From positions 1,088,001 through 1,152,000 of the forward strand of contig JASGHJ010000001.1 of the NCBI GenBank assembly GCA_047602405.1: DNA of 64,000 nt, written 5' to 3'. The position numbers and the translations under genes are program-made. Source of the stretch: Anaeromyxobacteraceae bacterium. GTDB lineage: Bacteria; Myxococcota; Myxococcia; Myxococcales; Anaeromyxobacteraceae. Of the stretch, positions 49,125 to 60,111 are shown piece after piece (position 1 is the stretch's first letter; each line of letters opens with the position of its first letter). The notes under the pieces were generated by a model. The model did no database searches. It saw only the letters and a list, made by a program, of their open reading frames with translations, and was not told the origin of the DNA.

Positions 49125-49643
49125 ATGCTCCGCACCCTCCGTCGGCTCCTGCCGTTGCTCGTGCTCGTGTCTGCCAGCACCTCGGCGGAGGAGCCCGCCC
49201 GGAACGCGCTCACGTTCGGCGTGGGGCTCGGCCGCGCCCGCGTCTCCGGCACCGGCTCCGTGACCGGGTGGGCGCTCCGGCTGCGGGCGGTCACTCCGGT
49301 GGCCGCGCGCGTCGAGCTCGGGCTGGAGGCCCTCAGCGAGACCTCCGTCTTCGACTCCCTCTCCACCGTGGACGTCGCCGCCACGTACTATCCGGTGGCC
49401 GGGTTCTTCGTGCGGGGCGGGGTCGGCGCGAGCAGGCGGGAGGGGGCGACCGGGCCGTGGTCGGCCACCGAGGTCGAGGACGTGGGCGCGAACGCGCTCG
49501 CTGGCCTCGGCTACGCGCTCGGCGGCACGCGCGGGCTCGCCGCCTCGATCAACCTCGAGGGGCAGCTCCACCTCTTCGACCGGCAAGGCGGCTGGGAGAG
49601 GTCGGAGAGCGCGGTCCTCTGGCTCGGGCTCGACTGGCGCTGA
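49125..49643 (+). CDS. Small outer-membrane beta-barrel-like protein
   Basis: GGAGAG RBS, signal peptide, Gly/aromatic alternating strands. Confidence 0.55.
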   Translation: MLRTLRRLLPLLVLVSASTSAEEPARNALTFGVGLGRARVSGTGSVTGWALRLRAVTPVAARVELGLEALSETSVFDSLSTVDVAATYYPVAGFFVRGGVGASRREGATGPWSATEVEDVGANALAGLGYALGGTRGLAASINLEGQLHLFDRQGGWERSESAVLWLGLDWR

Positions 49644-49652
49644 GCGCGGGGC

Positions 49653-50039
49653 TCACGTCGGCCGCGCGAGGATCTCCTCGTCGAGCGTCCCGTGCGCGTG
49701 CCCCGCGGGCAGGTCGAGGTGCGCGGGCGTGCGCCGCACCGGCCGGTGGTGGATCGGCTTCACCATCGACAGCACGAACAGCACCGGCGCCACGAGGAGC
49801 AGGTCGAGCCGCGTGCCGGGGCCGAGGTCGGGCAGGAAGAGCGCCGTGAACGGCATCGCGAGCGCGATCGCGGTCACGACGAAGCGGAGCGCCGGCTTGC
49901 CGGGCGCCGCGAGCGCGAGGACGAGGAGCGCGAGCGCGGTGGCGACGGTCAGCGCCGCGGAGAGCGCGGTCTGCGGCAGGAAGAAGGCGGACGCGAACAG
50001 CCAGGTGGCGACGAGCAGCACGTAGGTCAGGAACCTCAT
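49653..50039 (-). CDS. Small membrane protein (SPW-repeat-like)
   Basis: GGGAGG RBS; four short TM segments. Confidence 0.55.
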   Translation of the reverse strand: MRFLTYVLLVATWLFASAFFLPQTALSAALTVATALALLVLALAAPGKPALRFVVTAIALAMPFTALFLPDLGPGTRLDLLLVAPVLFVLSMVKPIHHRPVRRTPAHLDLPAGHAHGTLDEEILARPT

Positions 50040-50200
50040 GACGGCCTCCCAGGCCTCAGCTCCCCCGGGGCTGGAGCACGCCCGATCGTGGCCCCGCGGA
50101 GGTGGACCGTAGAAGCCCGCCGCAGGGGTCGCCACCGACGCGTGCGCACCCCGGCACACCCTCGACAACCGGGCGCGGTTCGGGCATTTCTTCGAGCCCC

Positions 50201-50959
50201 ATGCTCGACCTCCTCGCGCAGCCGGAGACCTGGGTGTCGCTCGCGACGCTCTCCCTCATGGAGATCGTCCTCGGCATCGACAACGTCGTCTTCCTCGCGA
50301 TCCTCGCCGGGCGGCTCCCGCGCCCGCAGCAGCCGTCGGCGCGCCGCCTCGGCCTCGGCCTCGCGCTCGGCACGCGGCTCCTGCTCCTCTTCTCCATCAC
50401 CTGGGTGATGGGGCTCACCGCCGAGCTGTTCCACCTGTTCGGCCGCGGCTGGTCCGGGCGCGACCTCATCCTCGCGGGCGGCGGCCTCTTCCTGATCGCG
50501 AAGGCGACCTTCGAGATCCACGACAAGCTCGAGGTGAAGCACGAGGAGCACGCCGCGAAGACCGCCGCGAACGCGGCGTTCTGGATGGTGATCGCCCAGA
50601 TCGCGCTCCTCGACGTCGTCTTCTCGCTCGACTCGGTCATCACCGCGGTCGGAATGGCCCAGCACCTGAGCATCATGATCGCCGCGATGGTGATCGCGAT
50701 GCTCGTGATGCTGGTCTTCGCGGGCCCCATCGGCGACTTCGTCGAGCGCCACCCGACGATGAAGATCCTCGCGCTCTCGTTCCTGATCCTCATCGGCGTG
50801 ATGCTCGTCGCCGAGGCGCTCGGCCGGCACATCAGCCGCGGCTACGTCTACTTCGCCATGGCGTTCTCGTTCGGGGTCGAGCTCCTCAACCTGCGGATGC
50901 GCAGGGCCCACCAGGCCCCGGTGAAGCTGCACGGGCCCGGCGAGGGCGGCGCACCCTGA
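50201..50959 (+). CDS. TerC-family membrane protein
   Basis: EIVLGIDN, QIALLDVVFSLDSVITAVG, HPTMKILALSFL. Confidence 0.93.
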   Translation: MLDLLAQPETWVSLATLSLMEIVLGIDNVVFLAILAGRLPRPQQPSARRLGLGLALGTRLLLLFSITWVMGLTAELFHLFGRGWSGRDLILAGGGLFLIAKATFEIHDKLEVKHEEHAAKTAANAAFWMVIAQIALLDVVFSLDSVITAVGMAQHLSIMIAAMVIAMLVMLVFAGPIGDFVERHPTMKILALSFLILIGVMLVAEALGRHISRGYVYFAMAFSFGVELLNLRMRRAHQAPVKLHGPGEGGAP

Positions 50960-51846
50960 TGGCCGACCTCGCGCTCCTCGTCCTCACGCTCGCCTGGGGC
51001 ACGACCTTCTTCTTCGTGAAGGGCGTGCTCGGGGTCGCGCCGCCGGGCGTGTTCCTCGCGTCGCGGTTCCTCGTCGCCTCGCTCGTGCTCGGCGCGGTCG
51101 CGCTCTGGCGCCGCGACCGGGTGGGCCCGCGCTTCTGGCGGGACGGCCTGTTGCTCGGGCTCTCGATGTGGGGTGGCTTCGTCCTGCAGACCCTGGGGCT
51201 CGAGCACACCACGCCCGCGCGCTCGGGCTTCCTCACCGGGCTCGCGGTCCTCATCGTGCCCTTCGTGATGCGCTTCGCGCTCGGGCGGGCGGTGAAGCTC
51301 GCGTCGTGGGCCGGCGTCGCGCTCGCGGTGGTGGGCCTCGCGCTCCTCACCCGCCCCTGGACCGACGACCTCGCCGGCGCCATCCGCCTCGGCGACGCCC
51401 TCACCGCCGGCTGCGCGGTCGCCTTCGCGATGCAGATCGTCTGGACGAGCGAGTTCGCGCCGCGCCACCCGCTCGTGCCGCTCGTGCTCCTGCAGGTCGG
51501 CGTCACCTTCCTCGGCGCGGTGCTCATGCTGCCGTTCGAGGAGGTCGCCATCCAGCCGGGCGGCGTGCCGCGCTTCGCGGCGACCGTCGCCTACACCGGC
51601 CTCGTGATGACGGCGTTCGCGTTCTTCGTCCAGAACTGGGGCCAGCGGCACACCACCGCCGTCCGCGCCGCCCTCATCTTCGCGCTCGAGCCGGTCGCCG
51701 CGGCGCTCTTCTCCTGGGGCGTGGGCGGGGAGCCGCTCTCCCGCTGGGACTGGGCGGGCGGCGGGCTCATCGTGCTCGGCGTCGTCGCCGGCGAGGTCGG
51801 CGGCGCGCTCGAGAAGCCCTCGCACGCGGAGCACATCCCGGCATGA
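50959..51846 (+). CDS. DMT/EamA transporter
   Basis: WGTTF, LQTLGL..TT..SGFLTG, GDAL, ALIFALEPV; about 10 TM. Confidence 0.9.
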   Translation: MADLALLVLTLAWGTTFFFVKGVLGVAPPGVFLASRFLVASLVLGAVALWRRDRVGPRFWRDGLLLGLSMWGGFVLQTLGLEHTTPARSGFLTGLAVLIVPFVMRFALGRAVKLASWAGVALAVVGLALLTRPWTDDLAGAIRLGDALTAGCAVAFAMQIVWTSEFAPRHPLVPLVLLQVGVTFLGAVLMLPFEEVAIQPGGVPRFAATVAYTGLVMTAFAFFVQNWGQRHTTAVRAALIFALEPVAAALFSWGVGGEPLSRWDWAGGGLIVLGVVAGEVGGALEKPSHAEHIPA

Positions 51847-53087
51847 GGTGGGGGCGTGCTTCGACTCCGCGCCCGCTGCGCGGGCGCTACGCTCAGCATG
51901 AGCGGGTCGGTGGCGTTGCGGTTCTGGTGGCGCTGGTCCTGACCGCCTGCCCGGGCGCGCCGCCCACGCCGCCGCCGACGCCCGCGCGGACGGCGGACCT
52001 CGCGCTCGTCGAGCTCACCCCCGACGCGTTCCCGTCCTTCTCCGACGACCTCGACTGGGCCGGGCTCGACGACGCGCTCGCGCGCTCGCAGGAGGCGCTG
52101 GCGCGGATCGCCGCCGCCGACCCGGGCCGGACCTTCGCGTTCGGGAAGGAGCGCGTGCCGGTGAAGCGGCTGCAGGCGACGCTCGCCCGCTTCCGCGAGC
52201 TCGCCGCGGCCCGGCCGCCGCCCGCCGACCTCGACGCCGCGCTCCGCCGCGAGTTCCGCGCCTTCCGCTCCACCGGCGACGGCACCGGCAAGATGCTCGT
52301 CACGGGCTACTACCTGCCCGAGCTCCGGGGCTCGCTGAAGCGCGACGGCCCGTTCCAGATCCCGCTCCACGCCGCGCCGGACGACCTCGTCACCGTGCGC
52401 GCGAAGGACTTCCCGGCGCTCTCCGAGGACCTCGTCGGCAAGGTCGAGAAGGGCCGGCTCGTGCCCTACCCGACGCGCGCCGAGATCGCGGGCGGCGTGC
52501 TCGCGGCACGGCGGGCGGAGCTCCTGTGGGTCGACTCCGAGGTGGACGCGTTCTTCCTCGAGGTGCAGGGGAGCGGCGTCGTCCGCTTCCCCGACGGCAC
52601 GCTCCGGACGGTCACCTACGCCGGCAACAACGGCCACCGCTACGAGTCGCTCGGCGCGGAGCTCGTCCGGCGGGGTGCGATCCCGCGCGAGCAGATCTCG
52701 ATGCAGACGATCCGCGCGTGGCTCGCGGCGCACCCGGAGGCGCAGCGCGACCTCCTCGACCGGAACCCGAGCTACGTCTTCTTCCGGCTCTCCGACGCGG
52801 CCATCGGCGCGCTCGGGGTGCCGGTGACCGCGGACCGCACCGTCGCCGCCGACCCGCGGGTCTTCCCGAAGGGCGGCCTCGCCTTCCTCGAGTCCGAGCG
52901 CCCCATCGACGCGACGCCGGGCGGGCCGCTGCGGCCGTTCGCGCGCTTCGTGCTCGACCAGGACTCCGGCGGCGCGATCCGCACCTCCGAGCGGCTCGAC
53001 CTGTTCCTCGGGCACGGCGCGTACGCGGCCGAGGCCGCGGGCCGCATGAAGCAGCCCGGGCGGCTCACCTACCTGCTGCTCCGCTGA
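51843..53087 (+). CDS. mltA: Membrane-bound lytic murein transglycosylase A
   Basis: Lipobox [49 protein letters not shown] (3D domain); start uncertain. Confidence 0.9.
   Translation: MRWGRASTPRPLRGRYAQHERVGGVAVLVALVLTACPGAPPTPPPTPARTADLALVELTPDAFPSFSDDLDWAGLDDALARSQEALARIAAADPGRTFAFGKERVPVKRLQATLARFRELAAARPPPADLDAALRREFRAFRSTGDGTGKMLVTGYYLPELRGSLKRDGPFQIPLHAAPDDLVTVRAKDFPALSEDLVGKVEKGRLVPYPTRAEIAGGVLAARRAELLWVDSEVDAFFLEVQGSGVVRFPDGTLRTVTYAGNNGHRYESLGAELVRRGAIPREQISMQTIRAWLAAHPEAQRDLLDRNPSYVFFRLSDAAIGALGVPVTADRTVAADPRVFPKGGLAFLESERPIDATPGGPLRPFARFVLDQDSGGAIRTSERLDLFLGHGAYAAEAAGRMKQPGRLTYLLLR
51856..51905 (+). repeat. REP-like palindromic repeat, copy 3 (within mltA 5' end)
   Basis: CTTCGACTCCG-CGCCCGCTGCGCGGGCG-CTACGCTCAGCATGAGCGG. 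Confidence 0.75.
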
Positions 53088-53327
53088 GACCGGGCTTCGG
53101 CCCCATCGGCCCCGGCGGCGCGGATCCGACCTGCGGGACCGACCCGCGGCTCTCGCCGCAGCGGGGTCGAGCGTACCCGGGTGCACTTCGCCACCCCACC
53201 GATCTCCGCTCCGCCGGCGTCGCGCGCGTGAGGGGCCGTGTGGGCGGGATCGGCGGTGGGTCGAATCTCCGTACGCTCGGTCTTGGTCCGGGACCCGTCG
53301 CTGGCCTGATCGGGACGGCGCCGTGGA

Positions 53328-53343
53328 TGGCATGTCCCGTGCT
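53328..53343 (+). promoter_or_regulatory. Putative sigma54 promoter of MCP gene
   Basis: TGGCATGTCCCGTGCT (GG-N10-GC). Confidence 0.55.
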
Positions 53344-53436
53344 CCTTGCCGGCGAGTCGTGAGTAGTCCATCGAGCCGAACCGAAGCTCCGACCCCAACG
53401 CCGGAGCGCCCCGCCTCTCCTCCCGGAGCAGTCCAC

Positions 53437-56031
53437 GTGATCCGCCTTCGCACCACGGCGCAGAAGCTCGCCGCCGCGTTCGTCCTCCTCGTCGTCATGA
53501 CCGCCGCCGTCGGCTTCTTCTCGTCGCGGGGGCTCCTGCTCCTCACCGGGCACATCGAGTCGCTGGCGGACGACCTCCTCGCCTCGGAGGTGGCGCTCGG
53601 GCAGGCGCAGAACGCGTTCACCTCCATCCGCCTCGCCTCGTCGCAGGCCTCCGGCGCGGCGCTCCAGGGCAAGCCCGAGAAGATCGCCGGCTTCAAGGAG
53701 ACGCGCGACAAGCAGGTGCAGCTCATGGCGGAGGGGCTGAAGGCCTTCGAGAAGACCAACCTGTCGGAGAAGGAGCGCGAGCTCTACGCAGTCGTCAAGG
53801 AGGGGCGCGACTACTACGTGGGGGAGAACGACCGCTTCTGGCAGGCGCTCACGGCGGGTGACATCGACCGCTCCGTCGAGATCCAGAACGGGTACCGCGC
53901 CGCCGCCCAGACGAGGATCGTGGAGCCGCTCAACGCGCTCATGGCCCTCGAGGCCACGATGGCGCACGCGGAGGCGGTCCAGGCCGAGGTCGACGCGTCC
54001 CGCACCCGCGCGACCATGTGGATCGTCGTCGCGCTGTCCGTGCTCGCGGCGTCGTTGATGGGCTGGTACCTCGCCCGCGCCACCTCCCGCGCCGTGCGGA
54101 CGCTCGTCTCCGAGGCGGCCCGCCTGCGCGCCGCGGTGGTCGAGGGCCGGCTCGCCGAGCGCGGAGACGAGTCCCTCCTGTCGAGCGAGTTCCGGCCGAT
54201 CGTCCAGGGCCTCAACCAGACGATGGACGCGTACGACCGGCCCATCCGGCTCTCCGCCGACTACCTCGACCGGATCTCGCGGGGCGAGATCCCGCCGAAG
54301 GTCACCGAGCAGTACGCCGGCGACTTCGACCGCACGAAGGAGAGCCTCAACCGGTGCATCGACGCGGTGAACCTCCTGCTCTCCGACACGGGCGCGCTCG
54401 CGAAGGCGGGCACGGAGGGCCGGCTCGCGACCCGCGCCGACGCCACCCGGCACCAGGGCGACTTCCGCAAGGTCGTGGAGGGCTTCAACGCCACGCTCGA
54501 CGCCGTCGTCGGCCCCCTGACCGCCGCGGCCGGGTGCGTCGAGCACATCGCCCGGGGCGAGATCCCGCCCGAGATCGACGCGGAGTGGAAGGGGGACTTC
54601 GCGAAGCTCCGCGACAACCTGAACACGTGCGTGCGCTCGGTGAACCTCCTGATCGCCGACGCCCGCGAGCTCTCCCGCGCGGCGGTGGCCGGCGAGCTCG
54701 CGGTGAGGGCCGACCCCACCCGCCACGCCGGCGACTTCCGCGCCATCATCCAGGGCGTGAACGACGCCCTCGAGGCGATCGTCGTCCCGTTCCGGGTGGT
54801 GGCCGAGTACTGCGAGCGGATCTCCCACGGCGACCTCCCGCCCCGGCGCACGAACACGGTGCGCGGCGACATCGTCGCCATGCAGCGGAGCCTGAACCGC
54901 TGCGTGGACGCCGTGACCGCGCTCGTGAAGGACGTGAACGGGCTCGCGGAGCAGGCGGTGGCGGGGCGGCTCGCGGGCCGCGTCGACGTGGGCCGCCACG
55001 AGGGCGCCTTCCGGGAGACCCTGGCGAGCGTCAACGCCACGCTGGACGCGGTGACCGCGCCCATCGCCGAGGCGTCGGGCGTGCTCGAGAAGCTCGCCGA
55101 GCGCGACCTGCGCGCCCGGATGACGGGGGAATACCAGGGCGACCACGCGAAGATGAAGCAGTCCCTGAACGCGACGGCGGAGGCGTTGAACGACGCGGTT
55201 GCGCAGGTGGCGGAGGCCGTCGACCAGGTCTCGTCGGCCGCGAGCCAGATCGCCGCGTCCTCGCAGGCCGTCGCGAGCGGCGCCTCCGAGCAGGCGGCGT
55301 CGCTCACCGAGACCACCGCCTCGCTCGACACGGTGATGTCGATCACGACCCACGCCTCCGAGAACGCACAGCAGGCCCACCACCTCGCGACGGCCGCCAC
55401 CGCGGCCGCGACGGAGGGAGCCGGCGCGGTGGAGCAGATGCAGGGCGCCATGGGCCGGATCAGGGCGTCCGCCGAGTCGACCTCGCAGATCATCAAGGAC
55501 ATCAACGAGATCGCGTTCCAGACGAACCTGCTCGCGCTCAACGCCGCGGTGGAGGCGGCGCGGGCCGGAGAGGCGGGCCGCGGCTTCGCGGTGGTGGCCG
55601 AGGAGGTCCGGTCCCTGGCGCTCCGCGCGAAGGAGGCGGCCTCGAAGACCGAGGGGCTCATCCGGGAGTCGGTGAAGCAGGCCGCGGAGGGAGAGGTCAC
55701 CTCGCGGCACGTCGCCGGCAAGCTCTCGGAGATCGTGTCCGGCGTCGGGAAGGTCTCCGGCATCGTGACCGAGATCGCGGCCGCCGCGAAGGAGCAGTCG
55801 AGCGGGATCACGCAGGTGAACGAGGCCCTGGTGCAGATGGACAAGGTCACCCAGCAGAACGCGGCCTCCGCCGAGGAGTCCTCCTCGGCGGCGAGCGAGC
55901 TCTCCGGCCAGTCCGAGGAGCTCGCGGCCATGGTCTCCGCGTTCAGGATCTCGCGGTCCGAAGGTGGGGCCGCGCTCCTCCGCCCGCCCGGCGCGCCGCA
56001 GCTCCGCTCCGGCCGCAGGCAGCTCGCCTGA
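53437..56031 (+). CDS. Methyl-accepting chemotaxis protein with poly-HAMP array
   Basis: TM-4HB sensor-TM, repeated HAMP units, [34 protein letters not shown]. Confidence 0.95.
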   Translation: MIRLRTTAQKLAAAFVLLVVMTAAVGFFSSRGLLLLTGHIESLADDLLASEVALGQAQNAFTSIRLASSQASGAALQGKPEKIAGFKETRDKQVQLMAEGLKAFEKTNLSEKERELYAVVKEGRDYYVGENDRFWQALTAGDIDRSVEIQNGYRAAAQTRIVEPLNALMALEATMAHAEAVQAEVDASRTRATMWIVVALSVLAASLMGWYLARATSRAVRTLVSEAARLRAAVVEGRLAERGDESLLSSEFRPIVQGLNQTMDAYDRPIRLSADYLDRISRGEIPPKVTEQYAGDFDRTKESLNRCIDAVNLLLSDTGALAKAGTEGRLATRADATRHQGDFRKVVEGFNATLDAVVGPLTAAAGCVEHIARGEIPPEIDAEWKGDFAKLRDNLNTCVRSVNLLIADARELSRAAVAGELAVRADPTRHAGDFRAIIQGVNDALEAIVVPFRVVAEYCERISHGDLPPRRTNTVRGDIVAMQRSLNRCVDAVTALVKDVNGLAEQAVAGRLAGRVDVGRHEGAFRETLASVNATLDAVTAPIAEASGVLEKLAERDLRARMTGEYQGDHAKMKQSLNATAEALNDAVAQVAEAVDQVSSAASQIAASSQAVASGASEQAASLTETTASLDTVMSITTHASENAQQAHHLATAATAAATEGAGAVEQMQGAMGRIRASAESTSQIIKDINEIAFQTNLLALNAAVEAARAGEAGRGFAVVAEEVRSLALRAKEAASKTEGLIRESVKQAAEGEVTSRHVAGKLSEIVSGVGKVSGIVTEIAAAAKEQSSGITQVNEALVQMDKVTQQNAASAEESSSAASELSGQSEELAAMVSAFRISRSEGGAALLRPPGAPQLRSGRRQLA

Positions 56032-56071
56032 GGCGCCCCACCTGGTTCGCGAGCGGGCACCGGGCGATCAC

Positions 56072-57412
56072 ATGACCGCGGCTTCGCCAGCGGAGCGGAC
56101 CGCCGAGGGCGGGATGCCGGCCTCCTACGTGCGGCTGGGCCTGGGCCTCGGCGCGCTCGCGTACGGCGCCTTCGTCGTGCTCGGCCTCGCCCTGGGCGGC
56201 GTGGACGGATGGCACTGCTTCGCCGCCCTCGGCTTCGCCCTCGCCTTCGGGTGCTCCTTCCGCGAGCCCACGCGGGCGGGCGCGGTGGCGCTGACCATCG
56301 GGCTCGTGGAGATGCTCTCGCACTTCGCGCGGCACGGGATCATGAGCGGGTCCGGGCTGGCCCTGCCGGTCCTGGTCGCGATGTCGGGGCTCCTCCTCGG
56401 AGAGCGCGCCGCGCTCGCCATGGGCGTCGTCGCGGGGGTCGGCGCGGAGGTCGCCGCGTTCTCGGGAGGGGGAGGCGGCGCGCTCACGCGCGAAGAGCTC
56501 GAGCGCATCGTCGTCGTGACGCTGACCGTGACGATCACCTCGGCGCTGACCTTCGCCGCCGTGCGGGGCCACCGGCGCGCGCTGGCGGCCTCCGAGGCGG
56601 CGCGGGCGCGGACGCTGCGCGAGGCCGCGGAGCGCGAGGCGCTCCACCTGCAGCTCGAGCACGCCCAGCGCCTCGAGACCGTGGGCCTCCTCGCGGGCGC
56701 CGTGGCCCACGACTTCAACAACGTCCTCGCCGCCGTCGCCGGGACCGCGGAGTTCATGGAGGAGGTGGGCACCGCCGAGGTCCGCGAGGCGGCGAGGGAG
56801 CTCCTCGACATCCAGCGCAGCGGCAGCGCGCTCACCCGCCAGCTCCTCGCGTTCGCCCGGCGTGACGTGAGGTGCCCGCAGCCGCTCGACCTCGGCGAGA
56901 CGGTGCGCGGGATGACGCGGCTCCTCGAGAGCATCCTCGGCCGGGAGCGGGCGCTCGAGCTCGTCCTGGCGCCGGACGTCCACGTCGTGGCGGACGTGGG
57001 GCAGATCCAGCAGGTGCTCGCGAACCTGGTCTCGAACGCCAGGGACGCGAGCGGGCCGGGCGCACCGGTGAGCGTCCGCGTCAGGGCGCCCGGCGCGGCG
57101 GAGGGGTTCACGCCCGGTTGCACGCTCCCGGGCGCCATGGCGGTGATCGAGGTCGAGGACCGCGGCGCGGGGATGACCGCCGAGGTGCGGGAGCGGTGCT
57201 TCGAGCCCTTCTTCACGACGAAGCCCAGGGGCCAGGGCACCGGCCTCGGCCTCTCCACCGTGCACGGGATCGTGGGGCAGAGCGGCGGCGAGCTGACGGT
57301 CGAGAGCGCGCCGGGCCAGGGCGCGATCTTCCGGGTGTTCCTCCCGGCCGCGCCGCCGCCCACCGCGCGGGCCGCGGGCCGCGTCGCGCGGGCCGCTCCG
57401 CTCGCCTCCTGA
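56072..57412 (+). CDS. Membrane sensor histidine kinase
   Basis: TM region, AHDFNNVL, NLVSNARDA, DRGAGM, FEPFFTTK, GTGLGL; no receiver domain. Confidence 0.88.
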   Translation: MTAASPAERTAEGGMPASYVRLGLGLGALAYGAFVVLGLALGGVDGWHCFAALGFALAFGCSFREPTRAGAVALTIGLVEMLSHFARHGIMSGSGLALPVLVAMSGLLLGERAALAMGVVAGVGAEVAAFSGGGGGALTREELERIVVVTLTVTITSALTFAAVRGHRRALAASEAARARTLREAAEREALHLQLEHAQRLETVGLLAGAVAHDFNNVLAAVAGTAEFMEEVGTAEVREAARELLDIQRSGSALTRQLLAFARRDVRCPQPLDLGETVRGMTRLLESILGRERALELVLAPDVHVVADVGQIQQVLANLVSNARDASGPGAPVSVRVRAPGAAEGFTPGCTLPGAMAVIEVEDRGAGMTAEVRERCFEPFFTTKPRGQGTGLGLSTVHGIVGQSGGELTVESAPGQGAIFRVFLPAAPPPTARAAGRVARAAPLAS

Positions 57413-57415
57413 GCC

Positions 57416-58042
57416 CTACCGCACCACCCGCGCGACCGACTCCTTCCACGCCGCCGCCGCGGCGCGGTCGGGCGGGCCGATCACGATCTGGTGCCGGCCG
57501 ACGAGCGCGAAGAGCGGCCCGGAGAGCTCCGGGAAGCGCGCGCCCAGCTTCGCCCTGAGCGCGTGCGTCGTCATGCCCTCGCCGAGCGCCGCGAGCACGT
57601 CGGCCTCCTCCGGCGCGAGCTCCGGATCGACCCGCGGCGCCGGCCCCGGCGCGAGCGGCGCGTCGAGCGGGATGCGCGCGGGCGAGTACGAGAAGCCGCC
57701 CAGGCCCGGGTACGCCTCGAGGATCGCGCGGAAGAACGGCTTCGCCGCGTCCACGCTCGCGGGCGTGAACGCGAGCCCGGTGTGCCACGGCGCCCGGTCG
57801 GAGACCCACACGACCTTGCCGGTCACGGTGACCGGTGACCGCACCCGGTCCTCCTTGAGCTCGAGGGTGAGCTCGCTGCCGAGCGGCAGCGGCTCCGCCG
57901 TCACGATTTGGCAGCCCGACGAGCCGAGGTCGTACGTCGGCGAGCCCCAGAACCCGCCGCGCGGCAGCGCGATGCGCGCGTCGCAGCGCACGGGGATGCG
58001 GGGGTTGTGGCGGGGGTTCTCGAGGAACTCCATGGTCGGCAC
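57416..58042 (-). CDS. PilZ-domain protein
   Basis: RHNPR (RxxxR) and DLGSSG motifs, GKVVW, TGLAF. Confidence 0.8.
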   Translation of the reverse strand: MPTMEFLENPRHNPRIPVRCDARIALPRGGFWGSPTYDLGSSGCQIVTAEPLPLGSELTLELKEDRVRSPVTVTGKVVWVSDRAPWHTGLAFTPASVDAAKPFFRAILEAYPGLGGFSYSPARIPLDAPLAPGPAPRVDPELAPEEADVLAALGEGMTTHALRAKLGARFPELSGPLFALVGRHQIVIGPPDRAAAAAWKESVARVVR

Positions 58043-58146
58043 CTTTCCTCGCCGATGCTACCGATCGTCCACCCCGGCGGGCACGGGTCGAGTGGGCCCC
58101 GGGGCAACCCCGCGCAGCCACTTCGCGCGGACGGCCCCGGCGGCGC

Positions 58147-58986
58147 TCACTCCCCGAGCCGGCGGGGCTCGAGCGGATGGATCGAGCGGCCGAGCGCCGA
58201 GACCACGTCGGTGATCTTCTCGACGCCCTCCACGGCGTCCGCGAGCACCTCGGCGCGCTCGGCCGGAGGGAGGTCCTCGCCGGCGAGCGACCTGAGGTTG
58301 GTCCGGAGCGCCGCGAGCGGGCTCGACATCTCGTGCACGACGCCCGCGGCGAGGCGGCCGGCCTCGAGGAGCGCCTCGGCCTCGGCGCGGCGGCGCTCGG
58401 ACTCCACCCGGGCGCGCTCGCTCTCGGCGAGCGCCTCCATCGCGTCGACCCGCGCGTTCGCCGCGGCGACCTCGTCCGCGATGAGGCGCCGGGTCATCAC
58501 GGTGCCGAACACCGCGAGGACCGTCATGACCGTGGAGAGGAGGACCCACGCACCGAGCTCGAACGCGCCCTGGCCCTCCGACCAGCGCACGAGGAGGCCG
58601 CCCGGGGCGCAGATGGCGCCCGCGATCGCGGCCGCCGACGGCAGCTCGGGGAACGCGACGAGCAGCGCGAACGGGGAGGCGAGGAACATGCCCTCGTAGA
58701 TCGAGTGCGTGCCGCCCGACAGCCACACGATGGAGGTCACCGCGAGCCCGGTCGCGGCGCCGCCGACGTGGCCGCCCGCGACCGCGAGCCGGGTGCGGCC
58801 GCGCTGCTGCGACCACGAGGCGAACAGCGCCGCGAGGATCCACCCGGCGCGGAGCAGCCAGACCCTGCCGGCGTTCGGCTGCCCGAGGTCGATCGGGGAG
58901 CACGCCGCGATGAGCGCCGCCGCGAGCAGCGTCGCCCGCCGCTGGTGGCGGAGGGCCTTCTCGCTGAACGGCGCGTGGCGGTACAC
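58147..58986 (-). CDS. Membrane protein ending in a HisKA dimerisation domain (no ATPase domain)
   Basis: Multiple TM, coiled coil, GRLAAGVVHEMSSPL H-box, stop soon after DHp helix 2. Confidence 0.7.
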   Translation of the reverse strand: MYRHAPFSEKALRHQRRATLLAAALIAACSPIDLGQPNAGRVWLLRAGWILAALFASWSQQRGRTRLAVAGGHVGGAATGLAVTSIVWLSGGTHSIYEGMFLASPFALLVAFPELPSAAAIAGAICAPGGLLVRWSEGQGAFELGAWVLLSTVMTVLAVFGTVMTRRLIADEVAAANARVDAMEALAESERARVESERRRAEAEALLEAGRLAAGVVHEMSSPLAALRTNLRSLAGEDLPPAERAEVLADAVEGVEKITDVVSALGRSIHPLEPRRLGE

Positions 58987-59106
58987 GCGGCCCTTCCTAG
59001 CAGATCGGGCGGCCGGACAGGCGCCCGGAGGTCCGGTCCACGCTGGGTCCGCCCGGGATCAGGGCCGGGCCTGACCGGCGTCAGAAGATCGGGGTAAGAA
59101 GGTCCC

Positions 59107-60102
59107 GTGACGAGGGGACGACCCATCGAGCTGCACCGCGGCGAGCTCCGGGTGACGGGCACGGCGCTCGCGCTCGACGCGCGGCGCCGGGCGGCCTGCG
59201 CGTTCGTCTCGCACGCTCACGGCGATCACATCGGGCGCCACGACCGCACCATCGCCACCGCGCCGACCCTCGCGCTCATGCGCCACCGGCTCGGCGAGCC
59301 GCGCCGCAAGCCCACCGAGGCGCTCCCGGCCGGCTACCGCACGCCCTTCGGCCTCGGCGAGCTCACGCTCGAGCTCTTCTCGGCGGGCCACGTGCTCGGC
59401 TCCGCGCAGCTGCGCGTCTCGCGCGGCAACCTCGCCGTCGCGTACACCGGCGACCTCTGCACCGAGCCCACGCACGCGGCCGAGCCGGGGGAGGTGGTGC
59501 CCTGCGACGTCCTCGTGATGGAGTCGACCTTCGGGCACCCGCGCTACGTCTTCCCGCCGAAGGCCGAGACGCTCGCCGCGATCCGGAAGTTCGTCGACGA
59601 CGCGTTCGCCGACGGGGTGACGCCGGTGCTCCTCGGCTACGCGCTCGGGAAGGCGCAGGAGATCCTGAAGTACCTGTCCGACCTCGGCTACAGGTGCCGG
59701 GCGCACCCGACCGTGCAGGCCGTGAACCGCGTGTACGAGGCGCACGGCGTGTCGCTCGAGAACGTGCGGCCGCTCGGGCCGGAGGGGCCGGCGCGCGACG
59801 AGGTGGTGGTCGCGCCGCCGAACCTCGCGCGCGGCGCCGCGATGCGCGGTGTCGGCAAGAAGCGCACGGCCATCCTCACCGGCTGGGCGGTCGACGGCGC
59901 GCGCTGGTTCCGGGGCGTCGACGCGGCCTTCCCGCTCTCCGACCACGCCGACTTCCCGTCCCTCGTGCGCTACGCGAAGGCCTCCGGCGCCGGGCGCGTG
60001 TTCACCGTGCACGGCCACGCCGGCCCGCTCGCCGCGGCGCTCCGCAAGGAGGGGCTCCGCGCGGAGCCGCTCAAGGAGCAGGCGCAGCTCGAGCTGCTGT
60101 AG
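59107..60102 (+). CDS. MBL/beta-CASP exonuclease (ligase-associated DNA damage response exonuclease-like)
   Basis: SHAHGDH, AGHVLGS, YTGD, MESTFG, YALGKAQE, LSDHADF, VHG. Confidence 0.88.
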   Translation: MTRGRPIELHRGELRVTGTALALDARRRAACAFVSHAHGDHIGRHDRTIATAPTLALMRHRLGEPRRKPTEALPAGYRTPFGLGELTLELFSAGHVLGSAQLRVSRGNLAVAYTGDLCTEPTHAAEPGEVVPCDVLVMESTFGHPRYVFPPKAETLAAIRKFVDDAFADGVTPVLLGYALGKAQEILKYLSDLGYRCRAHPTVQAVNRVYEAHGVSLENVRPLGPEGPARDEVVVAPPNLARGAAMRGVGKKRTAILTGWAVDGARWFRGVDAAFPLSDHADFPSLVRYAKASGAGRVFTVHGHAGPLAAALRKEGLRAEPLKEQAQLELL

Positions 60103-60111
60103 CTCCGCTCC

